Below the pieces are notes generated by a model. That model worked only from the letters and a program-made list of their open reading frames with translations. It did not search any database and was not told where the DNA came from. Below are positions 12,416 through 24,606 of a stretch of 64,000 nt of DNA, piece after piece (the stretch's first letter is position 1; each line of letters opens with the position of its first letter). The DNA is taken from positions 14,296,644 through 14,360,643 of the forward strand of contig CM120643.1 in the NCBI GenBank assembly GCA_051362555.1, written 5' to 3'. A program made the position numbers and the translations under genes. This DNA is from Lingula anatina. Lineage: Eukaryota > Animalia > Brachiopoda.

Positions 12416-13099
12416 TATTGTTGTAGATTGTGTAAACAAAGCCCATTTAATACTGTACATGTATAATATACATATGTAAGTATCTTGTCCTATCACCAAC
12501 TTGCACTATGGGCTTATGTGGTCTGCAACGGCGGTTTAGTCAATAAATAACGTTGATTTTCTCTGCTCTGAAGAACTTTTATTACGCTCATACGGATTAC
12601 ATGGGATTAAAGAAGTGGGCGCAGCGTCTCTTTGATTTAAGATGTAGGTACAAAGGTGCCGGGCTGCGATCTCTCTACCGTCACCCCTATGTCTTTCCCG
12701 TGGGTTGCACCTGTGAGTTTCAGCGTCCTTTGAGGTCCACTAATTCTTAAAGTTCCTATATTTGACCTGTACACTATGGTTTCGTCCAATTCTTTGATTA
12801 TCAATATAAAAATTTTTGACATAACCTGAACTGGTAATTACCTGAATTCACCAAACTGCTGTATAAACACTAGTACATGGACTGACACGAAAATTATTGC
12901 ATCTATCTTTTCTTTCTACTGACCAGAGCCATTTTAATTATTGTTGATGCGATGCGTTTGCTGACTACTAAAGGTCGCTAATTAAATACGCTTTGGCTAC
13001 TGTTTCGGAAGGTAGGCCTAATTATATTTGGACAGTGCTCGAGCCTGCTTAATGAGATAAGTCTTTAATCCAAAAATGCTTTTATGATCACTTAGTTAG

Positions 13100-13125
13100 T
13101 GATTATTATTATTATTCTAAACTTA

Positions 13126-13167
<42 letters not shown>
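13100..13167. repeat. (TAT)n microsatellite
   Basis: Direct reading. Confidence 0.95.
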
Positions 13168-13168
<1 letters not shown>

Positions 13169-13290
13169 AACTTATAACACTGCCATTTTATAGTACCTTC
13201 TTTGTAGTTAGTTATATTTCAATATCAACTGTAGAGTTGTGGATTCATAGCAGATTGTTTTTCGTGAACGCTGTGACTGGTTCACTTCAT

Positions 13291-13627
13291 GACCTCCGCC
13301 AAGAAGGTGTGTACATGTGTTTTCCTTCGTCCGTCTTTCTGTCTGTCTGTCTGTCTGTTTGCTTGCTTGTCATTAGCCTAACTCAAATAGTTATGGATAG
13401 ATTCGCATCAAACTTTCAGCATAGGGGAGGAACAGGCTTTCTTTTAACTGATTTTAGTGGCGATCCTTGGTCCAGATCACCATCTGAATCCAAGAATTTA
13501 AAAAAGATTCTTCGGCATTGAAAGATGGGGTCACTGACCTTGACCCGCTGTGCAATGACCCGCTCAACTACCACAGTTAATCATCACAAAGACCTTGGCG
13601 GAGGTCTACGCTCTCTGAATGCTCTTC
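13291..13627 (+). mobile_element. DINE-1/HINE-like (Helentron-associated) interspersed element
   Basis: Subterminal inverted repeats gacctccgccaag / cttggcggaggtc, an internal (GTCT)n tract and a short 3' tail. This layout is typical of HINE/DINE-1 elements. Confidence 0.6.
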
Positions 13628-14203
13628 TGGTATTGAGTTAACGATCATACAACTTTATTCTGGCTGCCCTATGGCCTAAACTTCATATATAGTCTTATAA
13701 GGCCTAGACTTTATACGAATAAAACGGCTGGTCATTGTCTTTATCGCTTAAATAAGCGCTTGCGTGATTTTACAAAATGCGTATAAAATGTGGTGGGCTT
13801 CTTTATGTAGAAGAGTATGCCCTCTCAGACACCGTTACCCTTTTTTAATATGCACGTGAGTAGGCTACATCACTTAGGCCAAAAATGTAATAAATATATA
13901 AGCCGGCTTACTTAATGTGAACTATACTTGTTTACTAAGATGTTTAGTTCATCAGTCGCTCTATACCCCCCTCCTCCCCCCCCCCCCCACCATAACTGGC
14001 AGCACACGCACACACACGCAAAAGGTCACCCTGAGACTCGTCTGCGAAAGTTCCTCAACGTGTTTACCAAGAAATGCAAGCTGATGATAATAAACATTTG
14101 AGAAACTTAAAAAACACCAATGCATTCTAAAAGTCTACTGTACGTCAGGCCACAGGGTTTGTTTATTAATGTGTTGGTATTTATCTGCATGCATCACGTG
14201 GTC

Positions 14204-15436
14204 TTAGTCAGCCGTCGTCAATCTTCGGAACGATCCCATAATACCCCATTCGCCATCGTTAGCTGTTTCTGTCGGTTTGGGTCGTTTTTCCTCATCAATG
14301 CCGTATTCAGCGTCTTTCAATATCTCGTCCCGGTATGAGAGCATTTCTTCCTTCCAGTTTTCTGGGGAATGAAGTTTTGATATGGACATTAAGTCATCCG
14401 TTTCTTTCGTTTAAGTAACAGTATACGTGTTGCATAATTGAAAGGATTATTTTGGGCCATAAAGTTAGATGGCCCGCGTTAAGAACCAAATTGGTAGATT
14501 CTGATTTGCAACTTCACAGTTTTAATGTAAACTAACGTAACACTGACCAAATAAAACATACTCACGTATTATGTCTTCCATTGGCCCCGCCTCGCCACCG
14601 TATTCCTCGGGTAGCATTCGCTTTGGGATCTCTTTATAAACAGAGTCAAGACTTCCCCAGTGAAAGTGAGTCTTTGAAAAGAAAGAATAAGCGCAATTAT
14701 TTCGTCATGCTTTAATTAGGTTTCTGTGTGTTACAAAATATGATGAATCGGTGAAATAAAATTAAAATAGATTGAAAGCTTTTAACCCAGTTAATCTTAA
14801 TTATCGTGTCTGTATGCTTTGATTTCACGTGTCACATTATTTTAATAACATTCTCCAGTTTCGTTCATGATAACATTCTCCAGGTTTTAACAGACACCAG
14901 TTTGATATCATCACAAAATTTTATTATGATCTAAAGTATGCATCATTTCTTTCCAACAATAAATCTTACTTGTGTGCTTTGTCTTTGGCCATTATATAGT
15001 TATACAGTGATAAGCCAGAGAGACATAATGCTTCAAATATCGCTTCAATTTGATAAGAAAATATCTTGCATTTTTAAAGGATCCGTCATATATCTCACCC
15101 GATTTACAAACTTTTCCTTCATGAAGAGTTTGCAGATCTCCCATGTAGCATTGAAGATAACAGGCGTGTTGTAGTAGTTGGAACTTTTCCATCGTATTGG
15201 ATAGGCGTCCTGAAGTTATAGAAATGAAAACTGTAAAAAATCAATTCCAAATCTAGGCTATATTGCCCACATATCAGCCAAGAGGCCTGCACTTTATCCT
15301 TTTAAAATAAAATAAGTTATCAATGCGTTCTTCATTTTAATGTTAAAACATTAACAAAAATAAAACAAATGTGACTTGGGGTGTTTTGCTTATATTTGTG
15401 GTATTTTTCATCCTTCAAAACATATAGGCAATTCCA

Positions 15437-15525
<89 letters not shown>

Positions 15526-17717
15526 CACACACACAGACTCACATACACACACACACACATACACACACACGCGCGCGAGCGTTTTTATAATAATTAAAAA
15601 ATCATAATCCAGGACCCACTGCAACTTTTACCTGAAACACTTTCACCGATTTCGCAATGAGATCTCTGGTCCACTGGGTCAGGTGGCCGACAGACAGGTC
15701 AGTACAGTCCGTGAAGTCCACTAGGCCGTAAACCTGGGTTTTTTCGTCCTTCAGTAATATATCCAGGGTGAGTATGATCAGCCTACACATATCCACGATG
15801 ACGTTAGGTCTGGCCGGGTCATAGGCTAGGAAAAGTGGACTCAAGATTAACTGCACTGTGCCTTGGCTGGGCGTAAGGAGTAAAAGACTTTAAAGCGGTT
15901 TTATCCCGTTCCCGGTTTAAAGTTTTCCTCCAAACTCAAAAAATTTGTGTTTATCGAATGTGTTTATATCTAAAACTTGCTTTTAACTAACACATTTATT
16001 TCATATTTGCTCGTGGCCGAAATCGATTATTTTTAATTAAAATGTATATTTTTATATGTTTTTAGCTGAATAATCCATCATCATCATTATCATAATCATC
16101 ATCATCATTATTATTAATGTTGTCTTGTCCAGAAAGTTTCTGTGCAGACAGATCATATATCTATTTGATATCCTCTGAGAAAAAAGGCGATATCAGTAAA
16201 AAATTAAGAAATCATTTAATGTTTCATTTATGTTTTTCTCAGTCTTTCAAAGAGACTTTTATATTAGCCTATTTATATACAGTTAAGCTAGGTCCTATAG
16301 TTAAGTGAAGTCATTCTCGAGCCAAGTTCATTCTAGTCAAGTTCATTCTACATAGCTTCGTACGCCCCATAGCAGTAGGCCGCATAAAATGTTTTAAATT
16401 TTGATATTCAGAAGAATACTATAGTCCACAGACTAAGAGAAAGTTATTTCTATAATGGAAACCTTCAACACCTACACATCGTAGTGATCACCACCTTTCG
16501 CCCTTTGTCGTCACGCCCAGGTAATGGAAAGAGAACTCTGAAACAAAGAGTTCATAGGGTAAACAATAGGGACCACATGTCACTGTATTAAATGAATAAA
16601 AGATTAATTTGAAGAACATGTTAATAAATAAAATATATAAATAAATAATAAAACACAAGATAATCATCTAACAAATAACTGAGTGAAATGACGATTGCTG
16701 TTTACGATTCTACAACTGCAACTTGCATTTAAATATGATTTCAATAAGAAATATGGAAAGCGCGACCAAAGTCCGTTTTTACTGAGAGGTTCACCCTGAT
16801 AATTCGCCTGTATGTTTTATATATGGGAGATATTATCCTAAATTTATTCTTGTAGAGGTTACATTCTTAAAATTATCTGTAAAAATCAGCAAATATGTTG
16901 GAATGATATGATTTTTTTCGTTAGTCATAGAAGTTTTCAGTTTAAGTGAATCAAAGTTGTATTTCTACAATTTCTACTTTTAGTGTGTAGTGCGACCGCT
17001 AAATGGCAGCACTATCGCCATTGGAACCGTTACGTAACGTATTTGGTTTTTACTTACTTCATCTCTAACAGTTCTATGAGCTTGGGATCGGCTGGGTCAA
17101 GGTTTTCAAACCATTCAGGCACACCTTTATCTGGTACGGACCGCATGGTGTAGTAATTGTCAAGTTTCTCCTGCGCCCGAAGTTGGCTGAATTTACTAGG
17201 GCGCAAGAAGCTGAGCAAGAAGTTGTCATCTACGTTAAAAGAAAATTGTTTTCAACACATTTAATCCTAAACTGAAAAATAAATGGAACCAATATGAACA
17301 GATCAGACAGCAAATAGAGAGCAACTAAAAAAAAAAGAGGTAAGACGAAGACGCATATAAGTACTAGTACTTTGGCGTAAGCTAAAATAATATCGCGATA
17401 CCTAGGGTCATAGTGCATTTTCAATCAGCGAATGACTTATGACTCATACCCATTAGGCTTTACACCAAGCTTAGGCGGCCTTTCTTCCGTACAAATGCCG
17501 TTGACAATAAGCAATTTTAAAAGATGAGAAAATCGTGTCTTAAAACTAGTTTTGAAGTGCACCGTAGGGATGCACGCAGTGAAATGCGTCACATTTAACT
17601 TCTTTTTCTTCTTCTTTCCGTATAGTGTTATTGGGATTTTTCCTTTTTGAAAAAGGGACGGTTTACTTAAAAGAGATTATGGACTGGTCTCCCCGTCCCT
17701 CCCCCCCCCCCCCCCCC

Positions 17718-17749
<32 letters not shown>

Positions 17750-17820
17750 AGGCTTGATGAAGATATTAGACACGTGGGGAAATGGCGTCCTGTCTAGTGG
17801 TTGGATGTGATGCCTTGAAG

Positions 17821-17899
<79 letters not shown>

Positions 17900-18821
17900 C
17901 CCATAGCGAGTAATTATACTTAAATATCTTAATCAATATAATAAAACACTTAAAACAATCACGATACCTGAAAAGTAAAAAATATACAATTGCCCAGAGA
18001 GCGAATTAACTTTTGAAATTGCAAAATTAGTTATTCAAGCACAAAGGCGTTATTTGCTTTGTCAACGATAAAATATGAACTTAGGTTTTAAAGAAAAATC
18101 GCTGGCAGGATTTTGGAGTACTTAATGGTGTCTTCAAATTGGCTATGAAACGGTGTTCGTGGGTGCTCGGGTAAGGGAGAAATTTGAGAAGCTGATTTTG
18201 CCATTTTACCCTAAAATCGCAATCATGAAGTCACCCGTCTGATGCCGTGTATAAATCTTTATTAGTTTAGTCACTGAACGCTGGAGATTTACCTGTAATC
18301 TAAAAGAATGTATGTAAGGTTTTAAATAAGAAGTTTTTGGCAAACGCTTATAGTGTCCTTAAATTTCACTGTCCTTGTGCCCTCTTTCCTTTCTTACTTA
18401 AAAATACCCTTGGTTTTGCATATTGGGATCGGTTGAAATCTTGGCTGACCGTGATTAGGCAATCAGGTACCTGTGCAGAATTTCTTTCTCCAATCACTCT
18501 CTATTTAAAACAAAATGGATTTTGAAATCTGAGGTTGCATTGAATCATTATTTATACCTGCTTCGAAAAATAAGGAGATGAAGATGAGTTACGTTACAGT
18601 AAAAAATACGAGCTGACATGTGGTAAAGCGGCACGAGGTTATGGTTTTGATTGATTTAACCGATTACCTGTTCGTGCTCTCAAGTGGGGTTGCTGCTTTA
18701 CCCAATTTCTTAGCGTTTCTATCTGCGATGCGCGCTCGATTGGGTCTTCATTTAGTTCTCTTTTCGCAGTCTCCAACGCTTCGTCGTCGAGGGTGCACTG
18801 GTAAGTCCCTTCTCCAGCCAT
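14204..18821 (-). CDS. CRAL-TRIO domain lipid-binding protein (alpha-tocopherol transfer protein/clavesin/pinta-like), 318 aa
   Basis: Exons 18668-18821, 17058-17229, 16476-16537, 15632-15825, 15099-15209, 14566-14671 and 14204-14361 join in frame (957 nt). Motifs: AKRELNEDP...[54 protein letters not shown] and C-terminal GSFRRL. Confidence 0.93.
15437..15570. repeat. (CT)n(CA)n compound microsatellite
   Basis: Direct reading. It explains the spurious [12 protein letters not shown] ORFs. Confidence 0.95.
17820..17898. repeat. (TC)n(TG)n microsatellite
   Basis: Direct reading. Confidence 0.95.
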
Positions 18822-19140
18822 TGTCACCTGCGTTTGGTTAGAAATCAAAAATAAGTGCACGAGAGACGTTCTTGCGACAGATCAATGTTCATTCAACCTC
18901 AGGCAAAACCTGCGTTCAGAATGGCTTGAAGATAAAATTGTTTCTGGTTAAAAAAACATCACCAGACAAATTTACGTTTTTTTACCTTAGGCGTAGTGAG
19001 AGATCCCTCTGTGCAGAATGAAATAGCAGAAAGACGTTCCTCTGGAGAAACTAGGCTGCTTAAGACGAACAATATGTGATTTTTTTATTATTATACCCGT
19101 ACGCAGCAGGGCCGCGGAGAATTCAGCTGAGTTTGAAGCC

Positions 19141-19147
19141 TTTATAC
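19141..19147 (-). promoter_or_regulatory. Candidate TATA box of the CRAL-TRIO gene
   Basis: GTATAAA on the minus strand, upstream of a plausible non-coding exon with an AAG|GTAAAA donor near 18985 and an acceptor just before the ATG exon. Not confirmed by transcript data. Confidence 0.35.
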
Positions 19148-20321
19148 CCTTTTTAATACAACAATACACTTCTCGTTCTGTTCGGTTGAATAATAATAAA
19201 AGTGCTGTGTCTCTATGAGTGAAAATCTTTAGAATTTTCGTAAATGGGCTGTAGGATTTTTTCTAGGGATGGTGAGTCATATCGCTGTTTTATGTCAAAA
19301 AGCGCATTCAGAACAGATGATCCGAGGACTAACTGATCCGACGACTAAAAAATGGCCGACCCCGCTTAAAAAGCGATGCCGCTAATTCCCTAATGGTCTA
19401 TCAGGAAAGTGAATGTAATGGTTATATATCCAGACAAATAGTGTCTAGTCATAACATTTGACAAAACCTTTAAATCAAGCTAAGGACATTTAAGAAGTTT
19501 GGATAGGGAAAGATGAAAATGGTTGTGGAAGTTACTCAAAACTAAATTGCACGTGCCCTCATTTCGGTAGTTTTGTTATCTAGACAGTTTAAGTTGTTTA
19601 TAAGGCCAAATAACAGATACAGGTGATATGTAGAAGTCAAAGTTTTTAAACATTGCCATGAAATGAAGACAGATTCTGAACAAGCTGCTGCTCTATGATG
19701 CCGAGTAGGCAGCCTGCTTCAGAAAATATTGTGTTGGTCTCGTCCCTGAGCTGGCTAGGTGGGCCCTACGCTAAACTGTTCAAATTTACCATTAAGTTGC
19801 TCTTGGTCATAAAAGGGTCTCTGGTTTGGGCTTGTATTTGATTGATTCCAACTCACTGACTGAAGACAAGGTGTGCAGCAGGTAATTCGATGGTGCCAAA
19901 AGCATGGGCCAGGTTACTGGAAATAGAAGACTGCTAATATTCTATTTGTTTTGATGCATTCTCTTCTTTGTGGGATCTCAGTGTTTGAAAAAATACTTCT
20001 AAACAATCCGGTATTCCTGCCAAGGGTTATAGGTAGGGAGTTTCGAAAGACGTTTGTTTTACACACTTTTTTATGGGTAGTTTTAGCTAATGGCGCTTTT
20101 AGATCCCAGTCCACCGCAGAAGTTGTCTGCATTGCTGCTCTATCGACAGGGGCTTCCTCAGAGGTCGTCTTGCATAGCCTAGTCGGAATTTTGTTTCGTA
20201 ATCTGAAGTTTTCATATATAATGAAATATATTAGTGTGGTGCATGCATGTCTTTTTTTCTTTCAATTTGGTTAAAATACTAGTACTTAACCGGAAAAGAA
20301 TTTCATCAGCTGTGTTAAGTT

Positions 20322-20503
20322 ATAAGAATGATGTGATTTTTTTCTTCAGTCAACAGCTAATATTGAGATAGGTTAGTGAGTAGAGGCTATACACCTGGAT
20401 AGCCTCATTCCCTGAAGAAGATGTCCTGATAGACATCGAAATATTGGAGGTAAAACCTATCTCAATATTAGCTATTGACTGAAGAAAAATCACATCATTC
20501 TTA
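20322..20503 (+). mobile_element. Penelope-like element remnant: about 50-bp inverted repeat enclosing a minimal hammerhead motif
   Basis: Arms 20322-20373 and 20454-20503 are near-perfect reverse complements. The loop holds CTGAAGA-A-GATGTC-CTGATA-GACATC-GAAA-TATT-GGAG (20412-20449). Confidence 0.6.
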
Positions 20504-23500
20504 GTACTTAGCCGATTTTTGATAGATTATCTATTCACATTCCATCAAGTCTATTCTAATAATGGGTTTATTTATTTTATCATTACATTTCACATCATGG
20601 TAGACTGGTATAGTATGCTAAGGTCGTTTTATATGGTTTTTGGATTCATATAATTAATAGATCCAAGATGACAGCTGACCGTGAGGGCAGAGGTAATGCC
20701 CGTACAGTTTGCAGATAACATGTACTGTTGGTGTGATTCTCGTAAATGACTATTACTTTATTTGTATATATGCCAGTTCGATTTGCATTATTATCGTCAT
20801 TTCTCTGATGCTAGAGATTAAGCACGCACAAGCGCGTGCACACGCACACGCACACACACGCTACAACAATCTGCTAAGGTACCGATTGCAGCAGAGATGA
20901 TAATTTCTTTTCCCCTCCAGATGGCGCTATAGAACGGTTTGGTTTGTCAAACCTGGCAAAAACTGCTCATATTGCAGCATGCAGTAGACCATATAAGGAT
21001 AGCCAGTGACCTACATTATGTCATTTTACTTTGGGGTGTGTAAGGTTGTGAAACTTAATTTAATTAATTTATTTTAGTGTATTTTGAAATATGCGGGAAA
21101 CAAAAGCTTCCTATATATTACTATTTTAGTACATTGTTAATGAAATTTTGTCTGTCAAATTATGGTACTTGATAAAGAGAAAGGGCGGTCACCTAGCCTT
21201 TCCTGCCTTCTACCCCGATGGATCATTTGAAACGTGAAGCCTTGAAAGAGATGTCACTTCTTCTTCTTCAGTTCTGAGTGACCAGGGTGTGGATGCTAGG
21301 CGGTCAGGATACCAAGTATATGGATATTTCAGTTTTAACCGATTCAACGAAACGTTCTAAGACAGTGGTTTTAGGTATTTTTCGAAAACGCATATTTGAT
21401 GCATTTTAAGAGCGGGTTTGACGCCTGCATGTTGTTCACTGGGTTTTGCCATCCATCATTATTTTCCCCACGTGATATTTTGTGTCCTCCATGCCTCCTT
21501 TATTTCATCACGTACCTCATGACAGTGAAAATTGCAGTTGTACCTCATGTTAACTACGCAGAATTTTAAACTACATCGGTAAAATTAGTTGTGGCAGTAA
21601 ATTTTTACTTACGAAATAGACACGATGGGGAAAATTCTGTGGTATGGCTCTTTTCGAATTTTGGTTGTTGAAATTTTGTAATTGGTTTTAATACGATTGT
21701 GTCAAAATTATAGAACAGCAAAATAGTCATAATTGAAAATTAAAGAACAGGATAACGGATTACTGATAAACTTCCATTTCTAATTTTGGCATGATTTCAC
21801 AAATAATACTAAAACGTAATATTTCGATCCATTGAAGTATGTGACCTATTTAATAGTTACACACTGCTTTCTGCGTGACTGATTATGAAAGCAGACATTT
21901 TCAAGGCATATGGAGCGAAATGCTAGCGCCAGTTTGCAAGTAATGTTTGAACGTAATTTTGATATTTCTCATTTATAGCTAATGTCAATATCACGTTGTC
22001 TAATCAAAAAGCCCCGCCCAAAGCAATTTACCATGATTCTTTAACTTCCAATGTTAAAGCCTCTCGTTAAAAAATTAAATAGCAGCATATTTAACACTGC
22101 GTAGTCATTAGTAACAAAATTTGTTATATTTAACCAAAGAATAAAACCGCCCCTTATGCCTTTAAACATGTCTTACTATAATCATAAGTCTGAGTTTGCC
22201 CCCGTGGCGTTTGTAAAACTATTTGCGGTATTCTTCAGCAAGACAGCAAGTTGTGACTTGATATTTACTTCTATGCAAATGTAATGCTCAGAAATACGGA
22301 AAACTAGTCCAGGAAAATTCGAAAATGATGATATTTAACCTTTTCATGAAAAGAAAAAAAAGCACCTGATCATGTAATTTTGCTCATTTGGTGATTTATG
22401 TTACGTCCTTTAAAGTGGTTTGAAGAGAAATAAAACGTACTGAAGCAGTCTTAAGTTATTGATCTTACAAATTGAACATAATCAATTCAAACAATTTTCA
22501 AAATTATTTAATGCTTAATTGACAAAATTCTATCAAAAAATCAAAAACTTTCATATTTTTTATTTTCTAAATGGCGAACATTTCACTCGTCACCTGGACC
22601 ATAGCATTTACAATATTTTCTCTCGCTTCGAACTCCCGGAATTAAATTTTTGATTTTGAAGGCATGCAATGCGGTTTAGACCTTTAATAAAGCAATTAAT
22701 TATTATTATTTTTTGGAAATTTCAGCAATTTTCCTTTTAGGTTTACTTTATCCAAAAACCGTTTCGAAAACTACGATCGTTTGGGGTTCCAAATTTGTAT
22801 AATTCTATCGCCAAGTGTGAAATCACACGTCTTCATCTCCACAGCGAGGGTGACTCAAAATCTAGTTACTTAATACCTCGTATCTGTAAAATCTTTTTAA
22901 GCTTGAAAACTTGCTGTCTTGTCGAGTGAAAAGTGTTATTTTACGGACCACAATCGATCATTTTGTTTGAGTAATGGAGTATATAAAGTACACACATTTA
23001 AGGCTCAATTTGCGATAATTACATGTAGTTGCAAACTGATTTGGCTAATCCAAGTCTACCTGTTAAACTGTGCATTAAAAGAACATGAGTATACTAAACG
23101 ATTTTTGTTATTTATCTAAATTTGCTCTTCTTGATTGTAATCTTCATATTACTTATTTTTTCTTAAGTTTAGGTGAGTAGTATATGCAATATATATATAT
23201 ATATATATATTTTTTTTTTGTAATTATTTGTTAATTATGGATTGCTTTTGTGGCATAAATTTGTTGAACAGATCTCACTTTTGCATAAAGATGAAGGGAA
23301 AAGTCAGGTGATCCAAAGTTTCCCATTTTCAAAACTCTGCTGCTTTTTAACAATTCTTTCTCGGCAGCGTCTTCAGTATATCGAGCAGCAGATGTATAAA
23401 TGATGTTTATGCTCTCGTATGAGAACATCATTTATGTTCAAACAAGTTACAAACCATTTGTTACAATTTTTTTTTTACTTTAAAATAGAAATGTAAGGTG

Positions 23501-24242
23501 GTGTAAGTTCATGTAATACCATGATTTGTCCTTCCATTTTGTCTAGGTTTGTTAATTACACATGTTGCAATTGCTAAATGTTTTTTTTTTTTTTTTTTTT
23601 TGATAATCAATGTCTCTAGGGGATTTTGTTAACATTCCCCATTCAAGTGTATCTCTTGTAGTTTGAATTTTGTAATTTTGTAATTTGAAAGTATCGGTTG
23701 TTGAGATTTATTTCACAACGGCTTTTGGCAATTACTTGCAAAACATAGTAAAATTGTTTTTTCCTTCCAAGCAATAACTGTCGGAATTTTGTCGTATAAA
23801 TTGTGAGAAAAATTCACAGCACTTTATAGTTCTTCTGAAACAAAAACAAAGGCAGAAACGTGTTATTCTGAAAGGGTGTCACATTTTGAAAATTCTTGGC
23901 AATCTGAAGTATTTTTGCGACTTGTAAAATCAAAATTTATCATGTCAGAGTAAAGCTTTTTTCCTGCTGTGGTGTGGGGTGAGACAGCTACTAGATCTGC
24001 CGTTGTTTTTGTTTAAAATGAAATTGTAAAATCTTATTCAAACATTAGTCAAGTAGTTCATTAGATAGTATATTTGTCAAAATTTTGTTATACATATCTG
24101 AGCATTCAAAACTGTGATTAAAATATTTTTTAAAAATCTTTAACAAGTGGATGTTTGAAAATATGAGAATACACTAGTGACAGTTTATTTTGCTTCAAAT
24201 AAAATACTTTACAATTATATGCAAAATGACTTGGCATTTTCA

Positions 24243-24606
24243 TTGGCTCGGTGGAACTCTAAGGGTTGGGGTTCGATTTGAGTACTTGGAACGTATTAGA
24301 TTCTTTTCCAAAAGGGCTTTTCAAAATTCCCTTTAGTTACTATAAAAGGAAAGTCTACCAGGGGTGGGTGGGCGGGAACACTTAGGAGAGTGGATAGCAC
24401 GCGAGACTCGGACACAGCAAGACTTGGGTTCGAAACCTGGCGCTTCTAGGTCCCAGCAAATTACCTTTTGCAAAAAAAATCTAAACGAGTAATTCAAACT
24501 GCGTCAAGTGGGTCCTAAGACCAAAGAGAAAGGCAAGAAGATTCGGTGGCTCAATAGGTAAGACGGCACAATCGTGAACAGGAGATGATGAGTTCGAGGC
24601 GAGCTA
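24243..24606 (+). repeat. Three degenerate tRNA-like (A box/B box) units, probably tRNA-derived repeat heads
   Basis: tggctcggtgg...ggttcgatt; agtggatagc...gggttcgaaacc; tggctcaatagg...gagttcgaggc. No complete cloverleaf could be built. Confidence 0.35.

Noticed and set aside
13099-13521. 140-aa poly-Tyr ORF
   Set aside because: Produced by a (TAT)n microsatellite and a HINE-like repeat.
15376-15624. SL/TH/VC-repeat ORFs
   Set aside because: Translations of the (CT)n(CA)n microsatellite in a CRAL-TRIO intron.
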